Shown: piece after piece, positions 1 through 14,000 of the stretch
Numbering within the stretch: the first letter of the stretch is position 1
How the letters are laid out: the number at the start of each line of letters is the position of its first letter
Source of the DNA: Glaucostegus cemiculus
Taxonomy: Eukaryota
Length of the DNA stretch: 64,000 nucleotides
Reading direction: 5' to 3'
NCBI GenBank assembly: GCA_976551045.1
Contig: CDPCPM010000160.1
Coordinates: 930,001 to 994,000 of the forward strand
The notes under the pieces: model-generated
Databases searched by the model: none
Told to the model about the DNA's origin: nothing
What the model saw: the letters and a program-made list of their open reading frames with translations, nothing else
Position numbers and translations under genes: made by a program

Positions 1-1112
1 TTGAGGAGAATTTTATTTACCAGTGGACTGAGAATCGTTGACATGTTGTCCCAGAGAGCAGCGAATACTCAGTTTGAAAGGACAGTGCATACAAATTAGA
101 CAAGGTCTGATTATGGACACACAAGGTTCCAGAGATAGTGGACGAGGTGCGAGATCTGATGTGACCTGTCCGCAACGTGGAGCCAGTGCGAGGATTTATG
201 TGGCCTGCACTTCCCCTCATGATCCCAGGTCCACAGATGCCAAACCATCCTCCTGTAGTAACAGTCCTCGCCTGAGTTCTGCGCTGTTGCACTTTCATCA
301 CACAACTGAAAGTTGCGTGGTTACAATGTTGGTAACCGGCATCATTTAACACTGTGGGCAGTTGTGTTCCTCCCTTTGCGGTGCCCACCTCCTGAAAGTC
401 TGAGCAGTGAATCTGTGAGACAGGAGTACCCTTCCCCAAACACTGGGAACGTTTAGACTTAAAGGAGCAAACCCTCAACATTGTGAATCAATTTCGTTTT
501 TAACTCATTCTGAAAGCAAATAGTATGTTTTCCCTTTGCATTTCGGGAACTACATAAAATATATTATCTATATAAACTGGCGGAGGGAACACATATGAGT
601 AGGTTTGTAACTTTTGTTCAATAGCTGATATATCGATTATAATGGGAGAAGATTGGTACATCAGAGGGAGTTGCAGTTCCACCGCGTCTTTCGCTTTCAT
701 TGAACGCAGAGGCCCAGGAGGATAATAAATGTTTATTTTAGATTGCAACGTGCTTCAACGAGGCATTACCCTCCCACGGCCTCAGCAACTAAACCTTATG
801 ATTCTACTGATAATAAAAATATCCTTCACAGTAATAATGGTGAAATAGTGTTGCTTGTTAATGCTGATCTTCGGGGGGATATGGGTGCTCATCTGTGGGG
901 ATCACCGGTGTTTAACATGAAGTTACAGCATGCACTGACAAATGTCATATAACCTTCAACACAGAAGGCTTTGAGGACTCAAGATACGAAATCTTGTTTA
1001 AACCACAGTGTTTGAGGGAAAGTGCACATGAAGTCCAGCGTACAGTCCACCAAAGGCAGGACAGACACGCTTTGGTGTCTACCACCAACCCATGACCAAT
1101 GACTATGTGTAG

Positions 1113-1170
1113 AATCTGATTGTCCTTCAAGAGGAGATGTCAATCTGATTGTCCTTCAAGAGGAGATGTC
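1113..1170. repeat. Perfect 29-bp tandem duplication
   Basis: AATCTGATTGTCCTTCAAGAGGAGATGTC at 1113-1141 and again at 1142-1170. Confidence 0.95.
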
Positions 1171-1771
1171 TCAGAGGTTGAAAACGATTGGCAGGGTAGC
1201 TGCTGGACAAGCTGATTTCTCCTTCCTCTTTCCCAAGTTCGAACCAGCACTTGCGCAATGGTTCATCCATAAAATGCGTAAACATAGGAAAGTGGAACAG
1301 AACGTGCGGCCCCCTCCATCCCGCCCCGCCCAGCTAATCTGATCTTAATCTCTCCTGCATGGTCCGGTTGCACCCCCATGAACCTCACCTTACAAAAGTT
1401 CAACCACTAGTCTGTCTCGGCTGTGAGTACTGTATATTAAATGACCCCACTTTCAGTGTTCTCGGGGATAGAGCACTTCAAAGGTTCACCACCCCGTTGA
1501 GTCGAAGCAACTCCTCGTCAGCATGTTAATTGCGTGATCATTTATTCTGAAATTCATCTCCAGTTCTAGATGCCTTCGCGAAGGGACTCTCTGAAAGCAC
1601 CAACCAAGTGGAACCCATGAATAGAATAAATCCAAAACAGCGTTTGGGAACAAGATTTTTATTCGCGGGTTCTTTGGCCGTGGAGGTCGCAGACAGCAGC
1701 GGGAGGAAGGTGATATTAATGGGCTGGAGGAAATAGTGAACAGGCTCCCAAAGAAACACCAACAGGTCTAT

Positions 1772-1859
1772 TGTGTGTGTTTGGGTCTGTGTGTTTGCTT
1801 CTGTGTTTGCGTGTGCCTGTGTGTGTCTTTGTGTATGTGTCTGAATGTGTGTGTGTGTT
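1772..1859. repeat. Degenerate (TG)n microsatellite upstream of the gene 1 promoter
   Basis: Interrupted TG dinucleotide run; source of the spurious CV-rich and HT-rich ORFs. Confidence 0.9.
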
Positions 1860-1910
1860 GCAGGCATTTTGCGGGCATTTTCATACGCTGCAAATTCTTC
1901 TCTGTCAACT

Positions 1911-1960
1911 GGGCGGGGCCGGACCAATCAGCGTTGCCGCTTCTGACGACTGACTCCAAT
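1911..1960 (+). promoter_or_regulatory. Candidate TATA-less promoter of gene 1: GC box plus two CCAAT boxes
   Basis: GGGCGGGG at 1911-1918; CCAAT at 1924-1928 and 1956-1960; 70-120 bp upstream of the ATG at 2032; CpG-rich context. Confidence 0.6.
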
Positions 1961-2031
1961 GATCTGGCCCGGAGACCAGGAAGCGCGGCTCAGTCTCCGA
2001 GTGTAACAGACACAGGCGCTGCTCTCTCGGA

Positions 2032-2083
2032 ATGGCAGGGCTGGCGCTCACCGCGTTCGCTCTTTGTCTCTTCGTATCTACGG
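2032..2083 (+). CDS. Gene 1 exon 1: signal peptide MAGLALTAFALCLFVST(G)
   Basis: ATG in GGAATGG context, hydrophobic core, phase-1 donor G|GTGAGC. Confidence 0.88.
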
Positions 2084-5000
2084 GTGAGCGTCACTCTCAT
2101 GGTTTATTGCTTGACAGTGAATGGCCACAGCAGCGGATTATTTTAGGAAGGCAGATTAATTTACAAGAAACGATCTAATTGTTGAACTGAGTACAGATTT
2201 TCAAGTCCATCTGCTTCATTCGCATTTCCCTCATATGAATTTCTCTTCCTCAGGTGAGTCTCAGTTTACCATCAACGTAGAACACAGCCAGATCAATCTG
2301 ACCGTCGGGGGAAATGTGTTATTTTCAGTGCGGCCGTCGGCCGAGGTCGCCAGTGGTAGCTGGACTTTCGATGGGAACCCAGTCGCCCAGTGGGTCGCTG
2401 AAAATGTGGTCTATACTGCTGTATACCAATCACGGGCTGAGGTATTCACCTCCAACAGGTCACTCCTGCTGCAGTCTGTGAACACCTCGGACAGCGGGCA
2501 ATACACTGTGAAGATGATTGCAAAGCGCGGCTCTTCAGCTTCAGCAACCATCACTCTGCGGGTTCTTGGTGAGTGAAACGTTGGTCTCGTTCAATTGTTT
2601 ATTCTCCGAGTGCTTTTTTCATTTTATTTTGGCGATGAGTGACTATAATTTCATCTTTCCTGTCCAAATCACTTGTTCTTGCACGACACGTCACTGACTT
2701 CTTGAAGGAGGTATTTTGTCCGAACTGGAAATTGTAACTAATGAATTGTATCGATCTGCCCTCCATTCATTTGGGATTCCTCCAGGGAAGGCATCGGCGG
2801 AGGATGCATGTGGGTGGTGGACCCGGCACCGTGTTTCTCTGCCTGAGCCTCCCTTTTACCTCACTCTTCCCTCGCATGATGACGCCAGAGTTTAGCAAAA
2901 CAAAAGGAACTGCACTTTGATGCAGGAGCCATTCCTGTGTCCCCAGTTTTCCCAAACATCCACTTGAACTTCCTTTCCCAAAACCGGATGAAATGACATT
3001 ACTGACGGTGGCATTTAGCCGCAATCACGTGAACCATTAGAACTATCCAGGACTTTCCCCCTACTGGTTCAATTGTCCTTTCGGCCCAAGCCGCATTCTC
3101 CCAAATATTTCGCTCAACGCTACCTCTCATCCCACCTCCTTCCCTCAGGTCAGTGTGCAGAAAACCACCAGTTCCCGGTGGTCTCCACACCAAGTCAGAT
3201 TTACATTCACACAGTGATCTGTGGTCACAGGAGCCCAGTATTTCGGCAGGTCCTAATCACGCCCTAATTGTCCTCCTTTTCTCCATTATGTCACATTAAT
3301 TCCGAGGTGTCCGTGTGTGTGAGGTTGCACTGATGTCGCTTTCTGGGATCTTGAGGGCAGTTTAACCTCTGAGCGTGGGTGAAGTGTTCAGGGACACCCG
3401 GGCACACCCTGTCATAAATGTCCATTACAGAAACTGCATGGGTTTCCACTCTTTGTTACCCTGAAAGATCCGTTGACAATCGACATACAGTATGTACTTC
3501 CTTACTGTATGTAATATTTCTGGCCTATTTCCCCGACACGTTGAGTGGGTAAACAGAAAATGGTTTAATCATAATTTCAACAAAAGAATATTCGGAGGCA
3601 GAAGATAATCCCGCGAGGAAATGTAAAATGCTTAATAACAGTACAGAGCGACAATAGTTATGAGGGATGTGTTTTGTTTCGCCTGAAGAAAATGTTTACC
3701 TGATCAAACGTAATTGTGTAATGGTCACATTTGAAAATGGTTTATGTTTCCGCTGGCAGTGGCGGGGTTAATTTTATTTGTCCCTCAGGTAAAGCGTGCC
3801 TATTGGCTGTCAGTTCGGTAGAGATGATCAAAAATTTCTTCAGCCACGCCCATGATTACCCGGCAGGTTCCTCAAAAACTTAAAATCTCAGGTTGCAGCC
3901 AGTGGGGTGGCCTACAACGCAGCCCGATTGTGCGCAGAAAACTCCCGTTACCAGTAGGGTAAAATGACCGCATATTTACCAATGACTGGACAGCAAAACA
4001 GTCCAGATTCTGCAAATCCGAAATTAAAAACAGGAAGTATTGTAACCATCAGCAGTCCAGACAATAACTGTGGAGAGAGAAAATGAAAAGAATGAAGGTT
4101 TCAGGTCGATGACATTTCATCGGATGATGATTTGGGAGGTCAATAATGTCCCAGCAGACCAGGGCTTTCCCACTGGCATTGGATCGGCGCTCCCGGATCC
4201 TCCTGAAATGGAAGATGTAGGCCCTATTGCAACAAACAGCGGAATTTCCTGGACTTAAGCTTTGCACCACCACCAGACAATGTGGATTTGGTTTAAAGTC
4301 TCCTGGTAGGTCTGGAATCGATTATTTGTCATAGAGGGGGTGATGCTCACTGAGTCACTGGAACCGACTCAAGAGCTCCGAAGCCTCAAAAAGCTTTGTC
4401 ATAAATTCTACTCCAATGACATTGGCCTGGTGCATCCACCAGTGACAAAACTTCACAAAGGACAACTGTTTTTATTCAAGTTGTTCTAATTCTCAAAGTA
4501 TATTTCTTTGGCTTTGAAATAACGGTGTGAAATAGAAATTTAAATGGCTCATAATTGCATGGCAACGCTACTGTTAACTATGGAGGGTGGGACTGTTATG
4601 TGGTTTGCATTTTAACTGCCTATCCCTCATTATCATATACTTTTCAGAAGTGCTTTCAGAATTCATTTCCAAATGTTCTTTAACAGATCTACAGGGGACC
4701 TTTCCGATTATTAAGTGGAATATTTGCATCCTTTGGACAAGATTGGGGGTCGCTCCTCTTTCTGCTTCAAGTGAAAAGGCAGAAAGAGCGATACCAGGCT
4801 TCATTGTGAATGCGGACCAGCGTTCATACATTTGTCCATACATGTATGGACAGTTGTCCATACATTTCAATATTACTCCGAAGCTAAACATTGGGGATTG
4901 AATGAGGACCCCTACCCTGCCCAGGCTTCTGAGTTGTGTTTGTTGTAACAGACTCGCGCAATCATGTGAGTTTCTTGTTCCACCAGCACAGAGTTTCTGA

Positions 5001-8000
5001 ACAGAGGCATGGAGTCATAGAACACAAAAACGAGCCTTCGGCTCACTTGGTGCTTGCCCGCCATCAAGGACCCATTTACACCAATCCTACACTGATCCCA
5101 TTATATTCCCCATATTCCCGCCAACTTCCTCCAGACTCCACTGCTCACCAACACTCTAGGGACAAGATGTTGTTGCCAATTAACCGAGTAATCTTTGCAG
5201 ACATTGAAACAATCTTTTTACAGGGCTGTCATAACCCAGCAATGAAAGAGATGGTTTATTGGTTGGAAGCGGGGAAATCTATTCCAGTTCTTTCATTTAA
5301 ACAGGTAGAAAGCTGGCTTCCCTCTTTCATCCGTGACGCGATACCGGACGAGGGAGAGCCCTGATGACGGGTCAAAGCTTTCAAAAGCCCTTCAACAATG
5401 AGATCCCCCACAGAAAGCCCTTGTTTCAGTTTTCTCACCCTTGCAATGATAACTTAAACTGTTACCTGTACTACCTCAATGCACTCTGTGCTACCCCAAT
5501 GTAACTGCACTGTGTAATGAATTGACCTGTACGATCTGTTTGTAAGACGAGTTTTCACTGTACCTCGGTAAAAGTGACAATAATAAACCAATAACAATAA
5601 CAATATCAATACCAATAAAGAGACTGGGACGTAATCAGAATTGTACAGACACGATTAGACCCCAACTGTGGTCCCGCCCTGTGGTGTCACTTCTTGATGT
5701 GTCAGTTCATTTATGAGGGTAGGAATGGTTGAGGGTTGGTTTCATGGCATTTAGATAGTTTATTTTTGGGAGAAGGGGTCGCACAAAGTTCCCTTCCATT
5801 CCTGGCTGCCGTATTGATGCAGAAGACCAAACCGATTCAGAGCGACGTAGCCTGCCCTACAATCAGAGGGATCGGTGTTGGGCGTTCCTGCCCTAACTGT
5901 TCGATACCAGGGATATGGTAGCATTGTGGTTAGGTTAGTGGAGTGGCAGCAGCGGCCTATATTGTTGGTCGAATCCATGTTCAAATCCCACCATTCCTCC
6001 GCAGAATGTAATATGAGCTTCAAAGAACAGTTGCAATCAGTAATGGTGGCCATGCAACTGCTGGAATACAGTAAACCCATCGAGTTCACGACAGACGCTT
6101 TAGGAAGGAGATTTTTTGCTGTTAGCCACTGTGGACAATAATGTGAGTCTAAACCACAGCAATGAGCATGGCACTTGTCTGCCCAGTAAAGTGGTTGGTC
6201 AATAAATGTTGGTTCAGTGAGGTGCGACTAATGTAGTAAAAATACCGATTTTTAGACAAAAATCGAATAATCCTGACAAAGAAACGGACTGCGATATTAC
6301 GCCTAAAAATTGACTTTCTGTCATATGGGCGTGGAAGGAGAACGGCAGTGTGGTATTGAGACTGAGGTCAGCCGTTAGTGCACTGAATGGCGGAGCATGT
6401 TCTAAGAGCCAAGGGCCCTTCACCTCCTCCTATGTCTCTATTTTTGTATCTGTGTTTTCTCCGACAATGAACACGTGAATAAAGATACTCAGCAGAAACA
6501 ACATTTATGTGCAGCAAGTACACAAACCTTGATATTCCCTTTGGAAAGCAAATGAACCTGTTGCGTTGATATAATTCATATTGCAGCAACGGGTTGCGTT
6601 CATACAGTTTCTGTAATGTCAGAAATTATTCTCTGGTGCCACAAGTGAAATTTGCCACCCAAGCAACGAGGATATGAGGCAGACGACGGATAGCTTGAGC
6701 TAAAGAGGCATGTTTAAATGTGAAGAAGTTGGAGAGGAGGTGGAGATGGAGGGAGTGGGTCAATGCGGAGGGAATACCAACAAGAGGCAGTTGACTACTG
6801 CTGCCAGCAGACATTAAAAACTAGATGCATGAAAGGAAAGAATAAAATCCTGTCGTCGATTGGCGAGTGTAGCTTTGAATCCCGAAGTGAAAATTGTCCA
6901 CGCAGAACTCACCGCACCCATGGTCCAGACTGGCGTGGTAATGGAAGGGGAAGAGGAAATCCTCAACGTGTGATAAACATAGAGAAGAAACCCGTTAGTA
7001 AGCTTTCACCCGAGTGACTGAAGATAGAACAGTGAATTCTTTGGGCATTACAGGTAAAAAGCATGTTCACCAGAGTGAGCAGGAAGTCACCAATTCCACT
7101 CCCAGTTGAACCTCTCAGACAGTTCACAAACCCATGATGGTCAGCCACACCACGATGCCCATTCCAAAGGCTGAGACCAGCAGTGTGAGGCCCGTTGTTT
7201 AAGGCTGGAATTTCATCTGTTCTCGGCATTTAGATCACACTTTGTCACAGAGTCATACCGCACAAAAGCAGACCACTCGGCCCAGCAATTATGTGCCGAT
7301 AACCAAGCACATAGTTACTTTGATCCTACAAGAATCCATTTTAATTCTCCCAGATTCCCAACAATTCCTCTTAGATTCTAGAACTCGCCTGAACAACAGG
7401 GAGGTTTTCAGCACCTCATTGTTGGTAGAATAGGAAAAATGGAGAAGGTAGTTGAGAAACAACAGAATTCTCCACTTCGAGGGGTATGGGTGTCTTGATG
7501 CATGAGGCACTGGGATATTAGCGTGGAGCTGCATAAGATTCAATGTTCCCTTCATTACAACAGCGATGACTATGTGTCGCTACAGCTGAACAGACCGTGG
7601 GTGGAATCACAGCTGGACTACTGAATATCGTACCTCTCTTCTATCTCTCTCCATCTCCTTCTCCCGCTCCCTCTCTCTCTCTCTCTTTCTCGCTTTCTCT
7701 CTTCCTCTCTCCGTCTCTCTCATCCTTCTCTGCAGAATGTTTTCCTGGAGTGGGTGTTCCCTGCTTCACTACCAAACAAGAGAAGAGGTAGAGTTTGCGT
7801 CAAGCTGCAGTTGTGGCTCAGCAACAGACGGAGCCCCGATATTGTAGAGGACAGACAGGTGACTGGATCTCAAACCCTCAAAGATACAAGGCGAAGGGTC
7901 TGTTCTGTCGAAGATAGGAAGCGCGTGTTTAACGGTTTTAGAAATTGTACGGCGTTGGTTCTCAGAGTCACCGTGGTGTGCTTGTGCATAAGTCAATGAA

Positions 8001-11000
8001 AGTCAATGTGCAATTTCTCCAAACAATTAGGATGTAGATATCTAGCCCAGCAGTAACTTATACAACACATAAATCCCCTGAACTTCATTGCAAGAGAGTT
8101 TGAGTATGAAAGATGTCGTCTTCCAATTATATCGATCCCTAATGAGACAGCACTTGGAACGTGGGTTGAACTACAAGTAGAGCAGGTTTTCAGACTAAGG
8201 ACTCACACTTTTAAGACGGATATGAGGAGTAATTTGAAAAATCGCTTCTTGGCCCTGGATTATTTACTATTTATATTAATGATACGGAGGAAGGGTGGTG
8301 TGTAGGGTACTGTTTGTTTCTCGTTAACACGAAAACGGTTGGAAGGCACGCTCTGATGATAACCAAATGTGAGTGGACAGAAACTTGCTCAAATGGAGTA
8401 CTGTGGAGAAGTGTGACATCATGCACTTCGGCAAGTGGAATCCACGTGCAGGTTATGAACTAACTGGAAAGAGGCTGAAAATGAGTGAAGTGCGACGGAT
8501 CTAAGTGGTGTTCTGGAAAGACTCGAAAGAGACCAGCAGGCAGCCGCAGCACGTAGTTAAGAAGGTAAACAGTTTATTGGTATTTATGGCAATGAGGTTT
8601 AGAAATAGGGAAGGTTGTTCTAGTTGTACAGTTGGTAAGGCCACATTTGGAATACTATGCATTGTTTTAGTCCACTTGTCGAAGAAAGGATACAATAGAA
8701 TTGAAAGGTCCAAAGGACAATCACCAGGCTTACTCCTGAGATCAGAAGGTTGCCCTATCAAGGAGGGGGGCGCAGTTAAGTTATTTATTCTATGGAGTGT
8801 GGAAGAATCAGGTTCTATTAGAGGATGGGAAACCTTTGGAATTCTCCTCCAAAAACCGCAACAGCAACAGAATTATACAGTTTATTCCAAACTACTCTTT
8901 GCAGACATTCAATCTAAAAGAGAATGGAGTGTTATGACGAGAGGACGGTAAATTGGTGTTGAGCCCAATACTGGATCACCCATGATCTATTGCATTGGTG
9001 GAGCGTGGCCACATGTGGCCTGTGCATCGAGCTTCCACTGACAAACGCTTCCACCTATTTTCTCTTTCTTGACTAATTATTTGTGAGCCATCTCCGTGCA
9101 CTGTTCCCCATGCGTTCTCCGTGTTCTCTCACTAATTTCGGATGATAGTTACTTCTTTTTATTCAGGTGACTCTTTGTTCCCCTTTCGCTGGTAGAAATA
9201 TCCAGTTTCTCAAAGTGACACAACACACAAACTGTCACCACGCTGTAGCATCTGCCACTTGTCTTGCATTCATAAAACAAAAAAAGAACAAAGATTCTCA
9301 TATACCAACTAAAATATTGCTTACTTGTGTCACGCTCCTCTGCATCATATAACACCAGTGATCGTTCCTCTCATGTATTTTGACAGAAGCCATTTCTAAG
9401 CCCACCATCTCAGCCAATAACACTCATCCCGTAGAGCACAACGACGCGGTTGCACTAATGTGCGATTCCACGGGGTCACCAACCTCATTTGAGTGGTTTC
9501 ATCGAAATGAAACAATTCGGACTGGTGATAGGACCGCCCTGACTCAGGGCAATAAAACCCTCGTCATATCAGGAGTGTTGCGGACTGATGGAGAATTTGT
9601 GTGCCGTGCGGCTGATGCTAAAAATCAACAGAGAAGTGACCCATATAATCTTAATGTTGCTTGTAAGTGTAAAAACAAAATTCGCAAGCACTCGTTAATT
9701 ATTACCAAACCTATGGACAGGACTAAGGGAAGTCATTCACTTTCTCTTTGTTTTATCTGATTCAGCTCTATGGTACGAAATTTGTAAAAACATACATGGC
9801 GTCATATTTACATGTTAACCCGTGCACGTCTGAGCAATGTAGGTTTGGTAATGCCTGGGGAAGGCGATCGATAGGACGATGATCATGGATCATGTTTCTT
9901 TGATTCCCTATCCATCACATTGCCCAGGACAGAGCTTCCTTAGAAACGCAAATTTAGGGTACGTCAAACAAAGCTTTGGATCAGCACCTCCAAGGAATTA
10001 ACGATTACATCAGGTTGTTGTTGAAACAGACAATTTTAAACATGGAAAACTTGCAATGCAAGGTTTACAAAGAATCAAATTGGAAAAATGGGATTAATTT
10101 TGAAGCAAAGCTTTGTTTTACATGAAATATTTAGGTTATAGGTTCTTTGCAAAATTAGTTTAGTTCAATTCCATGCGTTGCACAGCTGGTAAATTGCATG
10201 TTGTCTGGCATAATGGGGCGTGGGTGGCTCGTAGTTTGGTCGCACTTGGGAGTTTAGCGTCATTTTTGAACCAACCAATGCGTTTGTTTTAGATGGACCG
10301 GAATCTCTAATCGTATCCATCAGCCCAGAGCTTGATTTATATGCTGCGGGATCAAATGTAACTTTTTCTTGTTCCGCTGTTTCAAACCCTGCTGCTCAGT
10401 TTCAGTGGCATCGCGATAATTCAACACTTCAGAAAAGCGGGGATCAGCTGATCATTGCAGACCTGTCCTTGAATCACAGTGACAATTACACTTGCAAAGC
10501 TTTCAACTCGATAACGCAGAAATCCAGTGTGACAACAAGGCTCATTGTTGTTGTAGGTAGGTGAAGAAGAAGGCAAGGGATCCCTCTTTTCTAATGATGG
10601 CTTTTGTTGTGTTAGCTACAGGATTAGCAGTAGATGTAGAGGAAAGTGTGCGACATTGCGTTTGTTTGCCCTGTTGCTAAAATTTGCCCTTCTTGCTTTT
10701 AAATGGTGATTTCAGTTGTGAAGTTTTAGTTCATTTGCATTTTGTTGTATTTCTGCCTGTTCTCTTTGTAAACAATTGGACGGTCGTTCGGGAGGCAACT
10801 GATCTTCCCACTCAGACCTGAAGTTAAGAAGCAACTTACGTAGTTAATTTTATGAACTTTATTGTGGAGAAAATTGGATCTTAGCGCAAACGTTTGAAAC
10901 AGAATAGGGGCAGTGAATTCGTGCCAGGATTGTGTCCAATTCTGATAGGGCCACGTCTGGATCAGTGTGGACATTTATGGTCTCTGCACAACAGGAAGAA

Positions 11001-14000
11001 TCTGCCACCACTGGAGAAGATGCAAGAGTCTGACACGGCCGCTGTCTGCACCAGAAATTTATCACTCCAAGAATATCGGGCTGTAGTTGCTTTCTTTGAA
11101 ACGGCACAGTCAATACAGCTGCATCAAACTATGTACTGTCTGGTCGTTGACGAAATCGTGCCACCTGTGGCCCTGATCTATGCGGCATCTTGTGAACCTT
11201 TTCTCACCCTCTGCAAAGCCTCCACAGCCTCACTGCAATGGGTGACCGGAACAACACACAATACTTGAAATATGTCCCAAATAAAGTTTCACACAACTGC
11301 AACATGTCTTCCGACTTTTATATTAAATGCCCCGATCAACGAAACCAGGTATTTCGTACGTCTTCTTTATACCATCCTATCCACCTGCGTTTTCCCTGTC
11401 AGGGAATTATGGACTTACAAAGCAATGTCCCTCTGAACATCAATGCTTCTCATGGCACTGTCATTAACTGTGTATTCTCCCTTAGCATTTGACCTCCCAA
11501 CGTGCAATTCCTCACACTCCACCGGATGAAATTCCATCTGTCATTTCTCTGCCCATATCTGTAACTGATTTATATTTTGCCTTATCCTTGACAACCTTCT
11601 TCACAGTTCACAATTCGAGAATTTGTTTAGTCACCGAAGCTACTGATCAGCCCATCTACATTTTCGTCCAAGTCACTTGTACACCATGGGTTCCAATACT
11701 GATCCCTGCGGAAAACCACTGGTCACAGATCTCCAGCCAGAATAAAGCCCCGCCACCACTCTCCTCTGTCTTCTATGGCCAAGCAAATTTTGAATCGATG
11801 CTACCAACCCTGGCGGAGTCCGTGAGCATTAATCTTCTGGATCAGCCTACCTTGTCAAATTCCTTACTAAAATCCATGTAGAACACATCCACTGCCCTAC
11901 CCTCATCAATGATCTTCGAGACAACCTGAAAGAACTTAATCTTTTAACTTCGGAAGATTATTACCAGCCCTGCACAAAGCCTTGCTAACTGTCCGCAAAC
12001 AACCAATGCTTTTTTCAAATGCCAGTAAAATATATGCCCAAAATTCTTCTCCAATAGCTTACCTCCCACTGATCCGAGGCTCACTGGTGTATCATTTCTC
12101 CTACTGTCCCTTACTACCCTTTTCAAACAAAGGAACAACTTTGCTCACTCTCCAGCCCTCTGGGACCTTGTCTGTGGTGAGAGGGGACATGAAAGTATAA
12201 GTCAGCCCCCAGCGGTCTCCACTCTCGCCTGTCTCAATAACCTGGATGGATCCCATCAGGCCCTGGGGGCATCCGCCTGATTTTCTTCGAGAGCCACAAC
12301 ACCACCTCATTGGCCACATCAACATGTCCTAGTAACTTCTCATACCCCTACCTGATCTCACTGTCCTCCACGTCCTTCTCCTGATGCCAAGTGCTCATGT
12401 AGTACCTCACACACTTCCTCTAGCTGCAGGCACAGATTCACTGCTTTGTCCAGAAGTTGTCCTATCCTCTCCTGTGCTACTTTATTCTTGATGCATGTAC
12501 AAAGGGACAAAGAATTTTCCTTAATCCCATTCTGAAAAGGATATTTCGTGTTGTTTTGGGCTTCCTAGTTCCCCGTTTGTGTTATTTCTTGCTTTCCTTT
12601 TATTGCTTAAGGGTCCTGTCTGATTTCCGAGGCTTTTTGACTGTTGCAGGCTGTTTTACGACAGTTAAGGACGCAATGTCCAAGGAATATGTTCAGTGTG
12701 CTTCGCACACTGGTGATGCAGCTTAGGTTTGACGTGTTATTGGCCACTCCAGGCACGCAGCGTCCTCGGGACTTCAGGGTGATAGCGGCTGAAGCACAGT
12801 ACGGCAGACGTTGGCTGAAGACGAGATCATGCAAACCGGTAGAAACTTGGCTCAGCATCCTTCATATTTAACATAGAAGCGTATAGCACAGGAACGGGCC
12901 GTTCTGCCCACGATGTTGTGCCGAACTAAATACGCGGGGAAAGAAAAGCTGAGTGTCAAAGGCAGTGAATCAGTTCTGTAATATCATAGACCGAGATAAT
13001 TCGGGCCGAATTCTTCCCAAATAACGACCATCAAAGGACTTTGCCTCGAAGAAACATTGCAGAAAATGGATGTTTTTAAATCAGTGTTTAGGAATAAATA
13101 TATGAAATAGTGATTGCAGCTGAAATCAGTTACCTGATAAACATAAATGCTCTTTAAAATTTGGAAAAACACCATTTCTGCTGGAGATGGGGATTCCAGT
13201 CCCGTGGAGAACCCGCGGAACCGGATCCCAAGTGAATCCGACCACACAGCCCGTGTTGATCCGAAACTACCCCTGGATGCGACCGAGATTCTGGGTTTAG
13301 AACAGGAAGTCGAATGCGGTCGCCGCTAATCAGCGGGTTCCAGACTTCCGCGGCCCCCAACGCGCGCGGACCAGAGTCACAACCGCCTGGAGCTGCGGGA
13401 AATACCTCGGCAACCGTCTGTTGCAAATCACCCCCACAAGGGATGCACGCTTCTGGCCAATGTGTTGATATCATCTGAGCCATGTTCAGAGTGTAGGACA
13501 ACGTATGTTACATGGCACCAGCTTTGAGCTCTCAGAACTGCAAAGCTCAGGAAGCTCTGTTAAGGTCTTGTGTTTCAAAATCCCTGCCTATGGCCTCTTA
13601 TCCGTGTGCGCAGATCAGCAGTGACTTCCGCAGCTGCTGCAACAAGTCTTCGGCCACTGCCACAACGTTGATTGAAGAGCAAGCTCACAGATAACCCAAA
13701 TGCGGCACACTGGTACAAGACTGGAGTCAGGATACTTCCTCAGGACTGGACACAGGCAACACTGGAAGGAATCTTGCCTCGGAGATCTGAGTAGTAATCC
13801 CAACACAAACTGAATCTTCAAGCAGGACTAGAGAACGCAAGACTGTTCTAGAGTAGACCACGCTAAGCAGCTAGGAGCCAAAGTAAACCCAAAGGTTGAC
13901 CAATACTCTGGCAACTAGTGCTACAGAAACCCAGGTACTTATGCTCGGCCCCTGATGGGGCTCAGGTGCGTGTCATTGTGCAATAAGTCCAGCATGGAAT

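Noticed and set aside
17-481. 154-aa minus-strand ORF and overlapping ORFs
   Set aside because: No recognisable domain or exon structure; starts within a CR1-like remnant
3149-3267. Acceptor followed by GQCAENHQFPVVSTPSQI, faintly like the N-exon start
   Set aside because: No Trp or DxGxY motif, early stop and negligible nucleotide similarity; not a second N domain
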